From contig OX597825.1 of the NCBI GenBank assembly GCA_951406725.2, forward strand, positions 21,638,001 through 21,702,000: a stretch of 64,000 bases of DNA, written 5' to 3'. Position 1 is the first letter of the stretch; every line of letters begins with the position of its first letter. This document shows positions 41,390 to 55,990 of this stretch, one piece after another. The notes below the pieces were generated by a model. That model made no database searches, had not been told where the DNA came from, and saw nothing but the letters and a program-made list of their open reading frames with translations. This stretch comes from Octopus vulgaris (taxonomy: Eukaryota). The position numbers and the translations under genes were made by a program.

Positions 41390-41810
41390 GAACGACAGTT
41401 TTTTAAAATAATTTCCACGTAACTAAACACTTTTAAACTTCGTATACTGGTAGAATGTGTCAAAATAAAACATCTTTTTCTCTTGGCTTTATTGAGAAAA
41501 TTCTATAGTTTGTAAGATATTTGTTGTTTTTTTCTTTCTTCAATTTCTGCAATTTCAACCAATCACCGACGTCTATTAAGGTGAAAACATTCTGTGCCTT
41601 ATGAATATGTCCCTCGTTTAAGAAACAAATTGGGTTTATTTACATTTGTGAAGAAAAAAAAGATACCCTTCCCCCCACCCCTAACCCTAACTAACCCTAA
41701 CCCTAAAACAGATTGAAATGCAATAGATCGATACTAGGGTCATAATTATGGGTGACAATTTCATATGACACCGCCAGAAAAACTGCCGTTCAAACCGAAA
41801 AGATCCTCCA
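41390..41810. mobile_element. Unclassified non-autonomous repeat containing (CCCTAA)n
   Basis: ccctaaccctaactaaccctaaccctaa at 41679-41706 inside otherwise unique sequence; boundaries approximate. Confidence 0.4.
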
Positions 41811-43825
41811 ATTCTTCTTTGTAAGACATGCATACATATTAGAAAACATAGTATTAGAAATCGAAACGATCATAGAGGGATAAGTCATTGGAAATGAAAT
41901 ACAGAGGAAGTCATTGTGGTGACCGGCTAGCTGAATCGTTAGCTCGACGGGCAAAATTGCTTAGCAGCATTTCGTCCGCCTTTACGTTATGAGTTCAAAT
42001 TCTGCTGAGGTCGACGTTGTCTTTACTCTTTTCAGGGTCGATAAAATAAGTATCGGTCGATCACTGGGGTCGATCTAATCGGTTTGCTGGCCTTGTGCCA
42101 AAAATTTTAAACCAGTATAAAGTAAGTCATTAAGAATCTACCAGAACATCCGATCATGGATGTTTTGATAAGATAACGCCGACTGAATGGGTTTAACTGC
42201 CAAATTAAACGTTCGTCGCATTTGGTTTAGGAAAAAGTTATAAAGTTATCTGGAATATTCGATTAGAAAGGAAATTGTTAGATGTTTTGATTTGTGCTGA
42301 AGCAGACAAGTGGAAGACGGATGGTAATGGTGTGCACATAAAGTACAATGTAGAATTATCATTGTGTTGCTTTGTTCAAGGACAACCCTGATCAAGTAGG
42401 CTTTTGATCGTAAGAATCCCAGTCATTTTATAAATGTATGCATTTGCCTATCTGTTTGTTTGTCTCTGTCTGTCTGTCTCTGTCTGTCAATGTCTCTCTG
42501 TATCTGTCTGTCTGTCTGTTTCTCCCTCCTCTCTCTCTCTCTCTCTCTCTCTATCTGTCTATCTCTAGCAGTTCTTGATCGAACTTCACCCGCTGAAGCT
42601 GTTGTTGAATAGCATTCAAATACATAGCAATTATTTAGAGTAATCTCACATAATGCCTTATGAATATCAAGCCTGCAACTTAAAGCTGATGAGCCACGCA
42701 GAAACGTCTGTCGTGATCCACTATACACACACACACATACACATAGAGACACACAGACACACTCACACACACACAGAAACATTCACGAACACACATACAC
42801 ACCCAGAGAAACATTCATACACAGGCATTCTCACAGACACTCCATGTGTTGAAACAGATTTTGGATTTCGGGATGGTCAATCCTTTTCTCCCAAATAAAC
42901 ACACGCATTGTATATTCGTTCTCCACTCTTTTATTACTGTTCTAATTTTAACTCATGTCGATTGTCCGGAAATCTTTCATCACACATCTGTGACCTCTTC
43001 AGTGACACTTTCCTTCCGCGTGTATGCTCTTGCTAACGGTTCTGCCAGCTCGCTGCCTTCTCTCTATCCATAATATTGAATCACTTTTTAATGAGATTCG
43101 ACGTGGAAGCAGCAGAGGTTGCCTCGAGTTGGCAGTAGATCAGGAGGTTCGACTTTCTGGAAAGGTAGTGCTACATGCGAGGGTACGAACTGGACTCATG
43201 CTGGAGCATGGGACCCGAAGCACCCAAGAAATCATCACAGATGATGTGTCTAGAAGCATCATAGCATGATTCTTGGAAGAAATAACTTAAATACATATTA
43301 GATTTGTTTAATATGAAATAAACTCAGATAGTTGATACTAAAAGGCTCTGGCACTTCGTATTCCACTTGCAAGACAAAATAAAAAACACCATAATCGTTA
43401 TCCAACACAGATTCGATACAGTGATCTCTCCTCCAAGTAGTTAACGTGAAGTTCTAATTAATTTGTGATATTTTGATACATAATTGAAGAGGAAATGTAT
43501 ACAGCAAAAAAAAAAACAGAAAGAAAAAAAGAAATTAAAGAAAGAAAGAAAAACATTAAATCAACTAATTTGTTTACGCAAATGGAAATTTTTTTAACGT
43601 AATTAATTAATTAAATTAGCTAATAATCACATCATTATATTTGGTGTATGGCTATATCATCTCTCTCTCTCTCTCATTCCTTCTACAGAAGTACACATAA
43701 CACATAATTATACATTCAACGTATTCAAAGCACACACACATTCACACTTAAACACGAAAAAACATTCGCATGTATGCTTAGATTACTCACCTGTAATTAT
43801 CTTTCTATATAATTGTATACGTCTA

Positions 43826-43944
<119 letters not shown>

Positions 43945-44191
43945 GCACACTCACACACATGATGCAAATATGGAGGCATTTATATGCATAGACATATACA
44001 ATTATACATAGAGATAATTACTGGTGAGTAATCTATGTATACATGCGAATGTCTTTGTGTGTTTAAGTGTGAATGTATATATATATATATATATACATAT
44101 AGACACATACGCGTCTATATACGTGTGTGTGTGGTGTGTAATGTATATTCATATGTACGTATATATGTCACGTTAATGACTATATACAATT

Positions 44192-44238
<47 letters not shown>

Positions 44239-44554
44239 ATACATATGTATTTGATGTATATGTAATTACGTAATACACGAACATGATCATACACACACAA
44301 ACACACATATTAGCATATTCTCATATTTCTTTATCCGTTTATTTTTTTCTCATTTATTGGATTGTGACCATGCAGGGGCAGTGTCGGAAATGGGTTATGC
44401 GATCAAACAGACCTTAGTCGTTAGTTTACGACAGTTTCTTATTCCATCGGTTTTTTTTCTGTAGAACCGCTAAAATGCGTAGATCTTAAAAGTACCAACA
44501 GCTAGTGTCAAACGGCGTGTGTCAAACACGAAGTTACACACATATATAGATGCT

Positions 44555-44683
44555 AACCAACCACATGGTTCCGGGTTCAGTCCCACTGCGTGGCATCTTG
44601 GGCAAGTGTCTTCTGCTATAGCCCCGGGCCGACCAATGCCTTGTGAGTGGATTTGGTAGACGGAAACTGAAAGAAGCCTGTCG

Positions 44684-44722
<39 letters not shown>

Positions 44723-44950
44723 GTGTGTATGTGTTTATGTGTCTGTGTTTGTCCTCCTAGCATTGCTTGACAACCGATGCTGGTGTGTTTACGTCCCCGT
44801 CACTTAGCGGTTCAGCAAAAGAGACAGATAGAATAAGTACTAGGCTTACAAAGAATAAGTCCCGGAGTCGATTTGCTCGACTAAAGGCGGTGCTCCAGCA
44901 TGGCCGCAGTCAAATGACTGAAACAAGTAAAAGAGTAAAAGAGTAAAGAG
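44555..44950 (+). mobile_element. SINE family B (5' slightly truncated)
   Basis: accacatggttccgggttcagtcccactgcgtggc...gagtaaaagagtaaagag tail. Confidence 0.9.
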
Positions 44951-44971
44951 TATACACACATATATATAGAT

Positions 44972-45048
<77 letters not shown>

Positions 45049-45319
45049 TAGATACACACATATATAGATACAGGCATACATTTACACATATGCACACAAA
45101 TATACGCACACATACATATACATACACACACACACACACTTTATACACCCACGCTCTAGGGTCACAAATGGAGATGAACCTATCTTATTATCGCCTGAGG
45201 GAAAGCCCCCATCCCCTCCCGGAAGAGATTAGAGATCACAAGCTCGAAATGTCGTACCAAATCTATCAGCTATGTCTCATCGATACCATGACTCGGTGTG
45301 CTTATTAAAGCACAGGAAT

Positions 45320-45543
45320 GGGGTGAGCTGTCTGAAACGTTAGCACGCTGGGGGAAATGCTTAATGTCTTTTCGTCCGTTTTTTTTTACGCTCTGAGTTC
45401 AAATCCCGCAGGGGTCGACTGTGCCTTTTATTCTTTCGGGGCCATGTAATAAATAGCAGTGAAACACTAAGGCCAATGTCATCGAAGAACCCCCTCAACC
45501 AAATTTCAGGCCTCGTGCCTATATTGGAAAGGATTATTATTGA

Positions 45544-45603
<60 letters not shown>

Positions 45604-45613
45604 GTTATTGTTA

Positions 45614-45664
<51 letters not shown>

Positions 45665-45885
45665 GGCGGTGAACTGGCGGATTCATTAGTACGCCCGGAC
45701 AAAATGCTTAGTGGCATTTCGTCAGTTTTTTTACGTTCTGAGTTCAAATCTCGCAGAGGTTGGCTTTGCCTTTCAACTTTTTGTGGTCGATGAAATGAGT
45801 ACCAGCTGAACACTAGGGTTTATTACATTGACATAAACCCTCCCTAGAAATTGTTGGTCTCGTGCTAAAATTTGAAACCATTAGT
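45320..45885 (+). mobile_element. Two diverged SINE family A copies separated by (TTA)n
   Basis: Heads at ~45320 and 45665, B-box gagttcaaatc in both. Confidence 0.75.
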
Positions 45886-45943
45886 AAAACATAAACATAT
45901 GCAAGTAGTACTTTATGCTATCTTAATGTGGATTACCCTAAAG

Positions 45944-46221
45944 CAGTGGTTCCCAAACTTTGTCAGGCTGAGCCCTCTTGGTTCTAGGGCCATATTCCTG
46001 GTGCGCCCTCACCACACACCATCACAGATATTGACCTTTTCTGCAGCAAATTCAAAACAAGAGTATTCCACAAATAAGACTTAATCTAATTAGCCCTTTA
46101 TTTATTTCTACATCAATTGTACCGCTTTGGTCACCCCATTATCGCCCCATGACTCTTCAACGCCCCCTGGATCCATCCACTATTTCCAAGTTGGCGATAT
46201 CGCTCACTTTCGGAACCAGTA
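45944..46221. mobile_element. hAT (Charlie/Buster-like) MITE
   Basis: TIRs cagtggttcccaaa / tttcggaaccagta; 8-bp TSD ccctaaag (45936-45943) vs ctctaaag (46222-46229). Confidence 0.75.
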
Positions 46222-47239
46222 CTCTAAAGGAATTTATTTTAAATAGCGGTGCCGCTGTATGATCACAGCCTCTGTCTGAAATTAATTAAATACATATAAC
46301 CCACCTTCAGATATACATGCGCATAAATTATTTCTGTCTCCCTCTCTCTCTTTCTCTTGCCCTTATCAGCTTTTTTGTACGATTTTGTTTACCTATATTA
46401 CTAGTGTGTTTAGTATCTAGCACGTGTAAGCAGTGACGAAATGCGGCATCTTATTTACAAAAGCAAAATATAAACAGACAAAGATAATAAAAAGATTAAA
46501 AACAACAAAAATACATAAACAGTAACGATAACAACACAACAAAAAACAAACAATCAACGTTAATTTGAAATTTGGTCATATGGAGGCTTTTAATTGAAAT
46601 CTTCAGTTAAACGGATCAAAGGTTATTATGTTGTTGACTAAGAACTAGTTGTAGATAACGAGAGAGAGATACATTGTTCGTGTGAATATAAACACACATG
46701 TTCTCCAAATACAGCAGAGTTACACATACACACAAAAAAGGTACAACCCCGTATGAGAAACAATTAAACTAGTAACCAAGTGATCATACTAACAAAATGA
46801 CGTCACACATGTTTGACACAGGATTTTGGCAATAGTAAGGATAGCCTTAATCTCGTCGTTTGCATTTTTTCCCGGCATTAATTGCCCTATGGGTTGAAAT
46901 ATATTTAAAATATAATTTTGCAAGTGTTCAGTTTGTTGTAGATAGGTGTTAAGTTGAGGCACATCCAAATCATTGCTTACTTGCCATTCTTGCCATTAAA
47001 TAACAGTCTTACATTTTTTAGAGCGGCTTTGTAATGGACTGGATTTAATATCCAGCACTTGACTGATTGTCATTATATTATACATGAAAGGAAGACGAAA
47101 CTACAGAACCTAATGTCCACTCTTAAAAGGTGACGTTTCTGTTAAAGCAAAATTCTGCAATTAGTGCGTTATAATTAACAAGAGAGACTGTTTCACACAC
47201 ACACACAGACACACACACACACACAGACACACACACACA

Positions 47240-47281
<42 letters not shown>

Positions 47282-47575
47282 GGCACTCACACACTCATAT
47301 ATATATACATAAATTAATGAATCTTAGGGTAGCAAAAGAAATTTTAGAAAAAAAATTCTTTGCCGCCAGTGGTCTAGCGAGAAGGAAAAATTAGTCAATA
47401 GACTATATATTATTCATAGAAAAGAGATGACCATAATAGGACATCTGACTCACTAGAAAGAGCAGTTAAACTCCAAACCACTAATAGTTGTAATTCTGAA
47501 ATGCAAAGAGAAATAAAAATGTTTTTATTTTTCATTCCCTTTCAGAATTACAACCATATATATATATACATATAC

Positions 47576-47729
<154 letters not shown>

Positions 47730-47904
47730 TTGATATAGTACATTTTAAAGGCTGAGATGGTGAGGCACTTCTTAATAGCAAACTCAACCCTCGAAATACA
47801 ATTGAAAGAAACAAATGTATTTTAAGGATAAATGTAATCTCGTAACCTCATACAATACAAAATTATCAGCACGGTAACTTCCCTCGCTCCATTCCTCCCT
47901 CCAT

Positions 47905-48092
47905 CCCTACCTGCCTCTCTGCCTACCTCCCTACTTACCTACCTACTTACTTACCAACCTACCTACCTACCTACTTACCTACCTACCTACCTACCTACCT
48001 GCCTACCTACTTACTCACCTACCTGCCTAGAAACTTACCTACCAACTTACCTACCTACTTACCTACCTGTCTACCTACCTATTAACCTACCC
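47905..48092. repeat. Degenerate (CCTA)n microsatellite
   Basis: Direct reading. Confidence 0.9.
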
Positions 48093-48279
48093 AGGTGGCA
48101 ATACATCAAAGTGTCTTCGTATTCTGTTATAGTTCTATACACATCTTGAATGCATTATACGAATACAGAGCTACCCCAGCATTTTATACGTACTTTAGTC
48201 ATCGTCCTCGGGAAGGTTAAAAAGCGATGTTGAACGAGATAGAATTTGAATGCGAAACACAACGAGCAGTATCTAGATC

Positions 48280-48472
48280 ATTTCTACTTAAGGCACAGGG
48301 CCCGAAATGTTGTGGGAGGGTACTAGTCGATTGCATCGACTCCAGTACGCAACTGGTACTTAATTTATCGACCCCGAAAGGATGAAAGGTGAAGTGAACC
48401 TCGGCGGAATTTGAACTCAGAACGCAGCGACGGGCGAAATACCACTAAGCATTTCATCCAGCGCTAAAACGA
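48280..48472 (-). mobile_element. SINE family A
   Basis: Family A core reverse complement. Confidence 0.8.
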
Positions 48473-48928
48473 TTCTAAATAATAACCACCATTTGTTCAA
48501 CCCTCGAACGGTTCTGGAAACATCTAATGAACGGATCTTGTGACGAGGAGACACTTAAGATATTTAGTGTACAATGCAGAAGTCGAATGGATGAAATCTC
48601 AGCGTCTATCCGTGTCTGGGAGGAAATGTTCTTTCTTCTATTCGACAATAGTCGTGATATCAAAAACTTCCTTCTATCTTATACAATGCTGGTGAAAACA
48701 ATTGATACTTCTCGTGACTTTCTTAAACATTTTTGAAATCAAATCTGAACAGACGAAATTAGACACTACTAAGAATTTCATACCTAACCTACATTGTCTA
48801 GCTTTCCCTTGTTTAACAACAATAATTTATACAATGTTACAATGATATATTTCTATCGGTTCAAACAAACATTCCACTTTTGCTACTACCAGCACTATTA
48901 ATGAGATTACTATTAATATTCATATTAA

Positions 48929-49329
48929 AGCGGCGGGATGACAATATCGTAAGCGCGCCATGCAATACGCTTAAATTCGGCCGAGGTCGACCTCGCCCTT
49001 CATCATCCTTTTGGCGCCGATAAAATAAGTATTAGTTGAACAATGGCGTCCATGGAATCGACTTACGCCCTCCCCCGAAAAAGTTGGTTTGTACCACAAA
49101 TTGACCTCCTTCTTCTTATGATGATAATTAATGAATGTGAAGTTCCAAAACTTGATAGGCAGCCAAGTAATTTCGGTTTCAGTTCCACTGCGCGGCACCT
49201 TGGGCAAGTGTCTTCTACTATAGCCCTAAGACGACCAGTGGTGTGTCTGTGAATTTGGTGGAGGACAAACACAGATACACAAACATATACACACACACAC
49301 ACACACAGACACATAGACACAGACACATA

Positions 49330-49426
<97 letters not shown>

Positions 49427-50075
49427 GACGGGCTTTTTTTCAGTTACCGTCTACCAAATCCACTCACAAGGTTTAGGTCGGCCCGAGAAGACACTTGCAC
49501 AAGTTGCCACGCAGTGGGACTGAACCCGCAACCATGTGGTTCGTAAGAAAGCTACTTACGACACATCCACTCCTACGCCTATACAACAATAACATTTATG
49601 CTACGCATCTCATCTAGTACTGTATGGTTTAGGAGCTCGCTAGACTCGAATTCAGTTCCAGTGTGTGGCACCTTGGGTTTTCTAACGTAGCCAAGATCGA
49701 CCAACGACGTTTGGTAGACGGAAACAGTGTGGAAACTCGTCGTATATGTGTGCGCGTATGCACATGTGTGTATGTGTGGTACGTGCGTGTGTGTGCGTGT
49801 GTGTGCAAGTGTGTGCGTGTGTGTGTGTTTGTGTGTTTGTATGAGAGCCTTTCTACCTGTGTTTGTCACCCGCCACTGCTTGCGAACCGGTGCTGCTTTG
49901 TTTATGTATGTGATTCAAAACTTAGCTGATCGACAATGAAATGGATAGAATAAGAACCGGAACTAAAAAAAAAACACCACACAAAGCATAAGTATTGTGA
50001 GGAATTTGCTCGACTAGATCCTTTCAAGGGGGTGTCCAAGCACGGTCGCAAGCCAATGGCTGAAACAAGTAAAAG
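48929..50075. mobile_element. Cluster of decayed SINE A and SINE B fragments in both orientations
   Basis: A fragment 48929-49100; B fragments 49150-49260 (+), 49260-49580 (-), 49625-50075 (+). Confidence 0.75.
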
Positions 50076-50103
50076 ATTAAAGATATATGATATACGCTCA
50101 TAA

Positions 50104-50333
50104 GGCGGCGAGCTGGCAGAAACGTTAGCACGCCGGGCGAAATGCGTTGCCGTATTTCGTCTGCCGTTACGTTCTGAGTTCAAATCCCGCCGAGGTCGAC
50201 TTTGCGTTTCATCCTTTCGGGGTCGATAAATTAAGTACCAGTTACACACTGGAGTCGATATAATCGACTTAATCCGTTTGTCTGTCCTTGTTTGTCCTCT
50301 GTGTGTTTAGTCCCTTGTGGGTAGTAAAGAAAT
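50104..50333 (+). mobile_element. SINE family A with 22-bp TSD
   Basis: TSD agatatatgatatacgctcata at 50081-50102 and 50334-50355. Confidence 0.93.
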
Positions 50334-51098
50334 AGATATATGATATACGCTCATACAGTGTTAATAAAATTGATAGCAATTGACAGTTGAAAATATTTCA
50401 CATTGCTTAAGTTGGTTATTGCTCTAGAATTAAAAAAAACAAAAGCAAGACAAACAGAACAAAATGAACTTCACCCTTGCCTATTGTTCCTACACAAAAA
50501 CATACACGAGAGCTTTGTGTTAAATATAGACTAAAGAGCATCCATCCCGTATAGTCGTTCTCTTTTTTTTCTCTATTTGCCATCTGGAATAACTTCAGTT
50601 TATTGTCTCTAGAATTAATACATCATAGGATCATAGATGTTATTAGCCGGAATCGCATTTATATATTCTGAGAAATTATAGAACATAATATAGAAAATGA
50701 GTAAATGGAAGGTAAGAGACGGAGGGAGAGGGGTTAGTTAAAGGAGTGGGAGAGAGAGAGAGATGAAACAGGGGAAGAGAAGGGAGGGAGGTGTGGATGG
50801 AGGTATGGTAGGGAGAGAGAGGGGCGGGGAATTAAATGGATAAGGAAGATTTTTTTGAAGATATTTTTCACGATTTTAGCCACTGTTTCCACATTCATAA
50901 GGAGTATCCATCATTTCAGGAACATATATATACAAATGCCTACACACACACACACATATATATATATATATTTATATAAATATACGGTAAAATGCATTTA
51001 CAAGTTCAATTATCCCTCAGATATATTTGAATTCATTCTAAGTTAGTTTACTTTCACAGTTTCGCGTAACTTCTCAAATATATATATATATATGTATG

Positions 51099-51129
<31 letters not shown>

Positions 51130-51144
51130 CTATATATCTATATA

Positions 51145-51183
<39 letters not shown>

Positions 51184-51301
51184 GGGGGCATTATTCCACA
51201 CAAATGCCTCACACTAAGAGGGACATAAGTCATTACTACCAAAATTTCACTAATCATACCCAATGCAGTTTTTCAAAGCAAGACATTTAAAAAATGAATT
51301 T

Positions 51302-51368
51302 AGTCCTATATCACCTGTGATTTCGCACTTACCGCATAAAAAATGCGTCTATGCTCATCGGTAGAACT
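51302..51368 (-). ncRNA. Type I hammerhead-like motif (core CCGAUGA)
   Basis: Reverse complement: agttcta CCGATGA GCA taga CGCAT ttttt ATGCG gtaag TGC GAAA TCAC ag GTGA TA taggact; 7-bp helix I, bulged helix II, helix III, AUA triplet. Confidence 0.68.
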
Positions 51369-51576
51369 GATTCTGAACACATCATAAATAAACGACCAAC
51401 ACTGTCGAAGTCGAACAGGCAACTGCTCTCTCCGGCGAAGCACATGGAGATGTTTATAAATCATATATTCGGTAAATGGCGGGCTTTTTCGAACTGCATT
51501 TCGGGTAGGAAAAGTATTTTCGGAATAAATTTAACAATTAAGGATAAATTCTTAATAAGGAATCTTAACAAGAAAT

Positions 51577-51666
<90 letters not shown>

Positions 51667-52969
51667 TGTGTGTGTGTGTAATATTTCGAACTGATGTTAA
51701 TTCGTGTGTTGGGTTGGGCTACATGGTGTCATCCGCAGTTAGGGTATATTTCTGTTGGATCTACTTCAGGTATTCCGCAGTGTTAGTTGAGATAATAATT
51801 GATTAAATAACCAGAAGAAGGATTTTATATCAGTCCTTATTTTCTACGATGATCGTTCTGAACCGTCCCACTACAGTCCCTTATGATTGGGACTGCGTCC
51901 AACATGTTCTGTTGCATCCATTTCGTAATCTGTAGCACATCAGTTACCTCCATACATAAAATAGTGACTAGGTTCATTCTTAATCGTTGTTCCAGATGAA
52001 GTATGTGTTGTAAACACTCAGAATAAAAAGGCAAGTTTATATTTCCAATTGGAAATGAAATTCCATTTAGATAACAAACTTGTCATTGTTTATGACGACA
52101 CGGGAACACGTTAAATGTAATAATGAATAAGTCGATGTACAGAGAAAAATCAATAAAACTCGGAAATGAAATTGCGACTCTCAAACAATATACTTAACGA
52201 AAGATAACTGCCTGGAAAATCAATTATATATGCAGCAACTGTCACATGCAACTTTAACCAAAAACGACATTGATTATACAGTTATAACTGGTAATCAATT
52301 TAAGAGTAGGCACTATTAACATAATTATCCATTTCGAACACTACAAAGAAAGAAAATTGAATACAAACGAAGCAAGACATATTTGGTTCTCCTAAAATAT
52401 CATTAAATGGTGATTCTTAGCTAAAGTACCAGCGTTTACACAATCGAATGCTTTCTCTCATCTGTGTACCCCAGAGCATCTATCGTTCTTGGAAAACCAA
52501 ATCATAATATTCATAAGTTCATAGAATTTATCGGGATATGTCATCATATGCGTACGTACAGACTTGAAAACCCGTAATGTTAATAGGAAATCCTGATATA
52601 ACACGTTTTCGTTTCACATTCCTTTTCTCTTCTAAAAGTATTTCCCACTTTGTTCTTGTAATAACATGAGAATGAACGTACATATACAGAATTATTCTAT
52701 ACCTTCTCTCCTCGCTTTCACTCTGGTTTTCTCTGTGTCTGCCCGGCGGATTTTCTCACGGTTTTTCTCATTTTTATTATATATTGTCCGCGGCTTATAT
52801 TAAACCTACTAGATTTTACTTTGGAGTTATGTATTTTTCCCTAGAGTATCAATTAAAGTTTTACGGGTATCATTTCGATTTTGGAATACTACGTTAACCA
52901 GGACAGGACCCTGCATGATTTGCTAATGAGGTGATACCCAGGATTATAATTATATATATTAAGTTAGAT

Positions 52970-53679
52970 TCTCGGGAATCTCATACATCGATGTTCCGAG
53001 TTTATTGACTCTTGTTGATGAGATGTACCTAAGAGAGGCAACTCTGAACGAACTAAATAAAGCTTATAATTTTATATATAATTCAGCCTTTTTACCATAA
53101 GAGAGAGATTTTATCTCCATGATAATTGCAGTGTATTTGCCTTTAGCAGTTGAATTATGTAGCAAACATTTCAACTAACCTAAATTGTTATTATACGTAA
53201 ACACTGCTTTGCGCCATAACTCCGATATTTGTCTCGATCGGGTGATCTACCTGCACAAGTCAGTCAATGTGGTTTTCTCTACTGCAATGTATTTGCCTTT
53301 AGCTTTTAGAACATGTGACAAACAACTAACCTAAATTGTGATTATACGTAAACACTGCTTAGTGCCGTTACTCCGATATTTTTCTCGATCGGGCGATCTT
53401 CTAGCGCAAATTAGTCAATGTGTTGGCTGAATTGTATATAAATCTATAGGCTTTATTTAGTTCGTTCAGAGTTGCCACTCACAGGTACATCTCATCGATA
53501 AGTGTCAATAAACTCGAAACATCGATGTGTGAGATTCCCGAGAGAGGGTGACAGCTGAATGAAATGGGTGTTTTCAAACCTTTTTACCATAAGAGAGATT
53601 TTTCTCAAGGTAGCTGCAGTGTATTTGCCTTTAGCAGTTGAAATATGGGAAAAACATATTTCATTTCAACTAACTTAAA
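52970..53679. repeat. Composite repeat: ~119-bp inverted arms enclosing ~140-bp direct repeats
   Basis: 52970-53088 vs 53425-53543 inverted; direct units at ~53127-53274, ~53283-53423 and partial 53579-53679. Confidence 0.88.
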
Positions 53680-54326
53680 TATATATGTGTGTGCGTATGT
53701 GAGTGCATCTTCAAGATTACTGTGCGTGTGTGTCTGTGTGTGTGTTTGGGTTTGTGTATTATTTGTGACGAGGTATGCAAAATATCGTGAAATATTGAAA
53801 TATTTTGGTTTCATATTCCAAAAGAAACACAAACATAAGCCAAATTGGAAAGAAACAATTTGCTGACAGCAAAATTATATGAAGTATATGGAATTTTTCA
53901 ATTTAATAAAATCCAAAAGTTTTGGTCACGCGAAATCAAAATAATTTCATAAATTTACAAGTTAATCTTAGCGTTTATGAAATTTTTTTCTTTTCAGTAT
54001 AAAAGTGATGGTGAATGGAATAAAATGTTCAGAGCGATGCATAAACTGCTGAATTCCTAGAATAGCGTCAGTAACAAAACAAAAAGTAACACTTATGTCA
54101 ACATCCGATAACAGCGGATAGGTATCAGGTTCATTTTTGACGTATAGGACAGAAATATATATGAAGTTGACAGTATGTATAGATACATAGAGTTATACAT
54201 ATTATATATTAGGATTTATAACTTGTAAATACTAGACGCTCATATTTCACTTGAGAACTATATATCTGTAATATAATATGTTATACACAGTTAACATATA
54301 TTCCTTGTTCAACATCATTCATATAT

Positions 54327-54555
54327 ATTTCTTTACTACCCACAAGGGGCTAAACACAGAGGGAACAAACAAGGACAGACATAGGTATTAAGTCGATTAC
54401 ATCGACCCAGGTTCGTAACTGGTACTTAATTTATCGACCCCGAAAGGATGAAAGGCAAAGTCGACCTCGGCGGAATTTGAACTCACAACGTAACGCAGAC
54501 AAAATACCGCTAAGCATTTCGCCCGGCGTGCTAACGTTTCTGCCAGCTCGCCGCC
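54327..54555 (-). mobile_element. SINE family A with 14-bp TSD
   Basis: TSD catcattcatatat at 54313-54326 and 54560-54573. Confidence 0.93.
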
Positions 54556-54784
54556 TTATCATCATTCATATATGCATACATACATATGTATGTATATATA
54601 TATATATATGTATAAATTCATTACACACACACACATATATATAAACATACATACATACCTATATATATATATATATATATATATCACCGTGATCACCGTG
54701 ACCGACTAGGCTATCGCTGGGCACAATGCGCTTCGCATTGTTTTAGCCATCAAGTGACGCCACCCCGCTGGCTAAGCGAGCAGG

Positions 54785-54893
<109 letters not shown>

Positions 54894-55929
54894 CGCTTTT
54901 CTTCGTATAAATCGATTTATCATCAAACTTAACACTGCCAGGTCTCTATGCGTCACTTTCTCATCCGCCTCAGGTAACTTACACAGTTTCAGAGACACCG
55001 GTCCATCTTTCCCTGTACGAAGGAAAAATACATGAGAGACTTTTATATTTACTGACTTGGCTTTCGTAATTTTTACTGTAGAGAAAAGTAAAAAAAAGAC
55101 GCTAATTCTTATCAGTAATATTATGAAGTTTACTTAATATAACATAATGTTTATTTACATTTGGGTAATGGGCTTCTTCTTTTAAAGAAATATATTTGAT
55201 TACATTAAATCTGTTTGAAGTAGCGCTCAATGTTGATAGTTTTTTTATATTCAGCTGGTCCAAAGTAGAACGGGTATGTTATCTGTCATTAATGGTGCTT
55301 TCAGTATAGCTCAGGTGCTGTCGTGAATTTATGTCACTACATGCTGATCAGGGTGACCTTGTCACTACTTGTATGTATATAATGTATTTGGATATGTGAA
55401 TTTTTATCTTTCAAAAGAATATACGTGATCGTTTTCTGAAGTGTCGTCCAGGAAAGTGCATATAAAAACGCACGTTCACGTATACACTTTACATACAGAC
55501 GTACATAAACACGTGTCCACTCGCGCACACATAGGTATACTGCAGTGCATGCACACACACGTACACACACACTGACGTACGCACTGACATGCACACACAG
55601 GCACAAATATTTATGCATTTCTATAAGGAATGGGCAGCTATATAGCCGAAAGTATTCTGTGTCGGTCATTCACCCAAAAGCAGAACAGACTGGAAATACT
55701 CACTCTCAGACACTTCGACGCTGGAATAACAGGCTTGAAAGAAAACGGAAGCAATCTCCACTTATTGATTTCTTGCACATAATAGCAATAGTTTAAGTGA
55801 AATTTATGAAATTATATATATAAGGATATATATATATATATATATATACATACTAACATACACACATATATATGTGTGTGTATATATAAATACAAATTTA
55901 TATATATGTATACATGTATATATATACAC

Positions 55930-55990
<61 letters not shown>

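Noticed and set aside
47445-47495. ctagaaa GAG cagttaaa CTC caaa as a hammerhead
   Set aside because: Both core strands deviate; too decayed to call.
48527-48736. 69-aa ORF as a host exon
   Set aside because: No recognisable motif or convincing splice sites.
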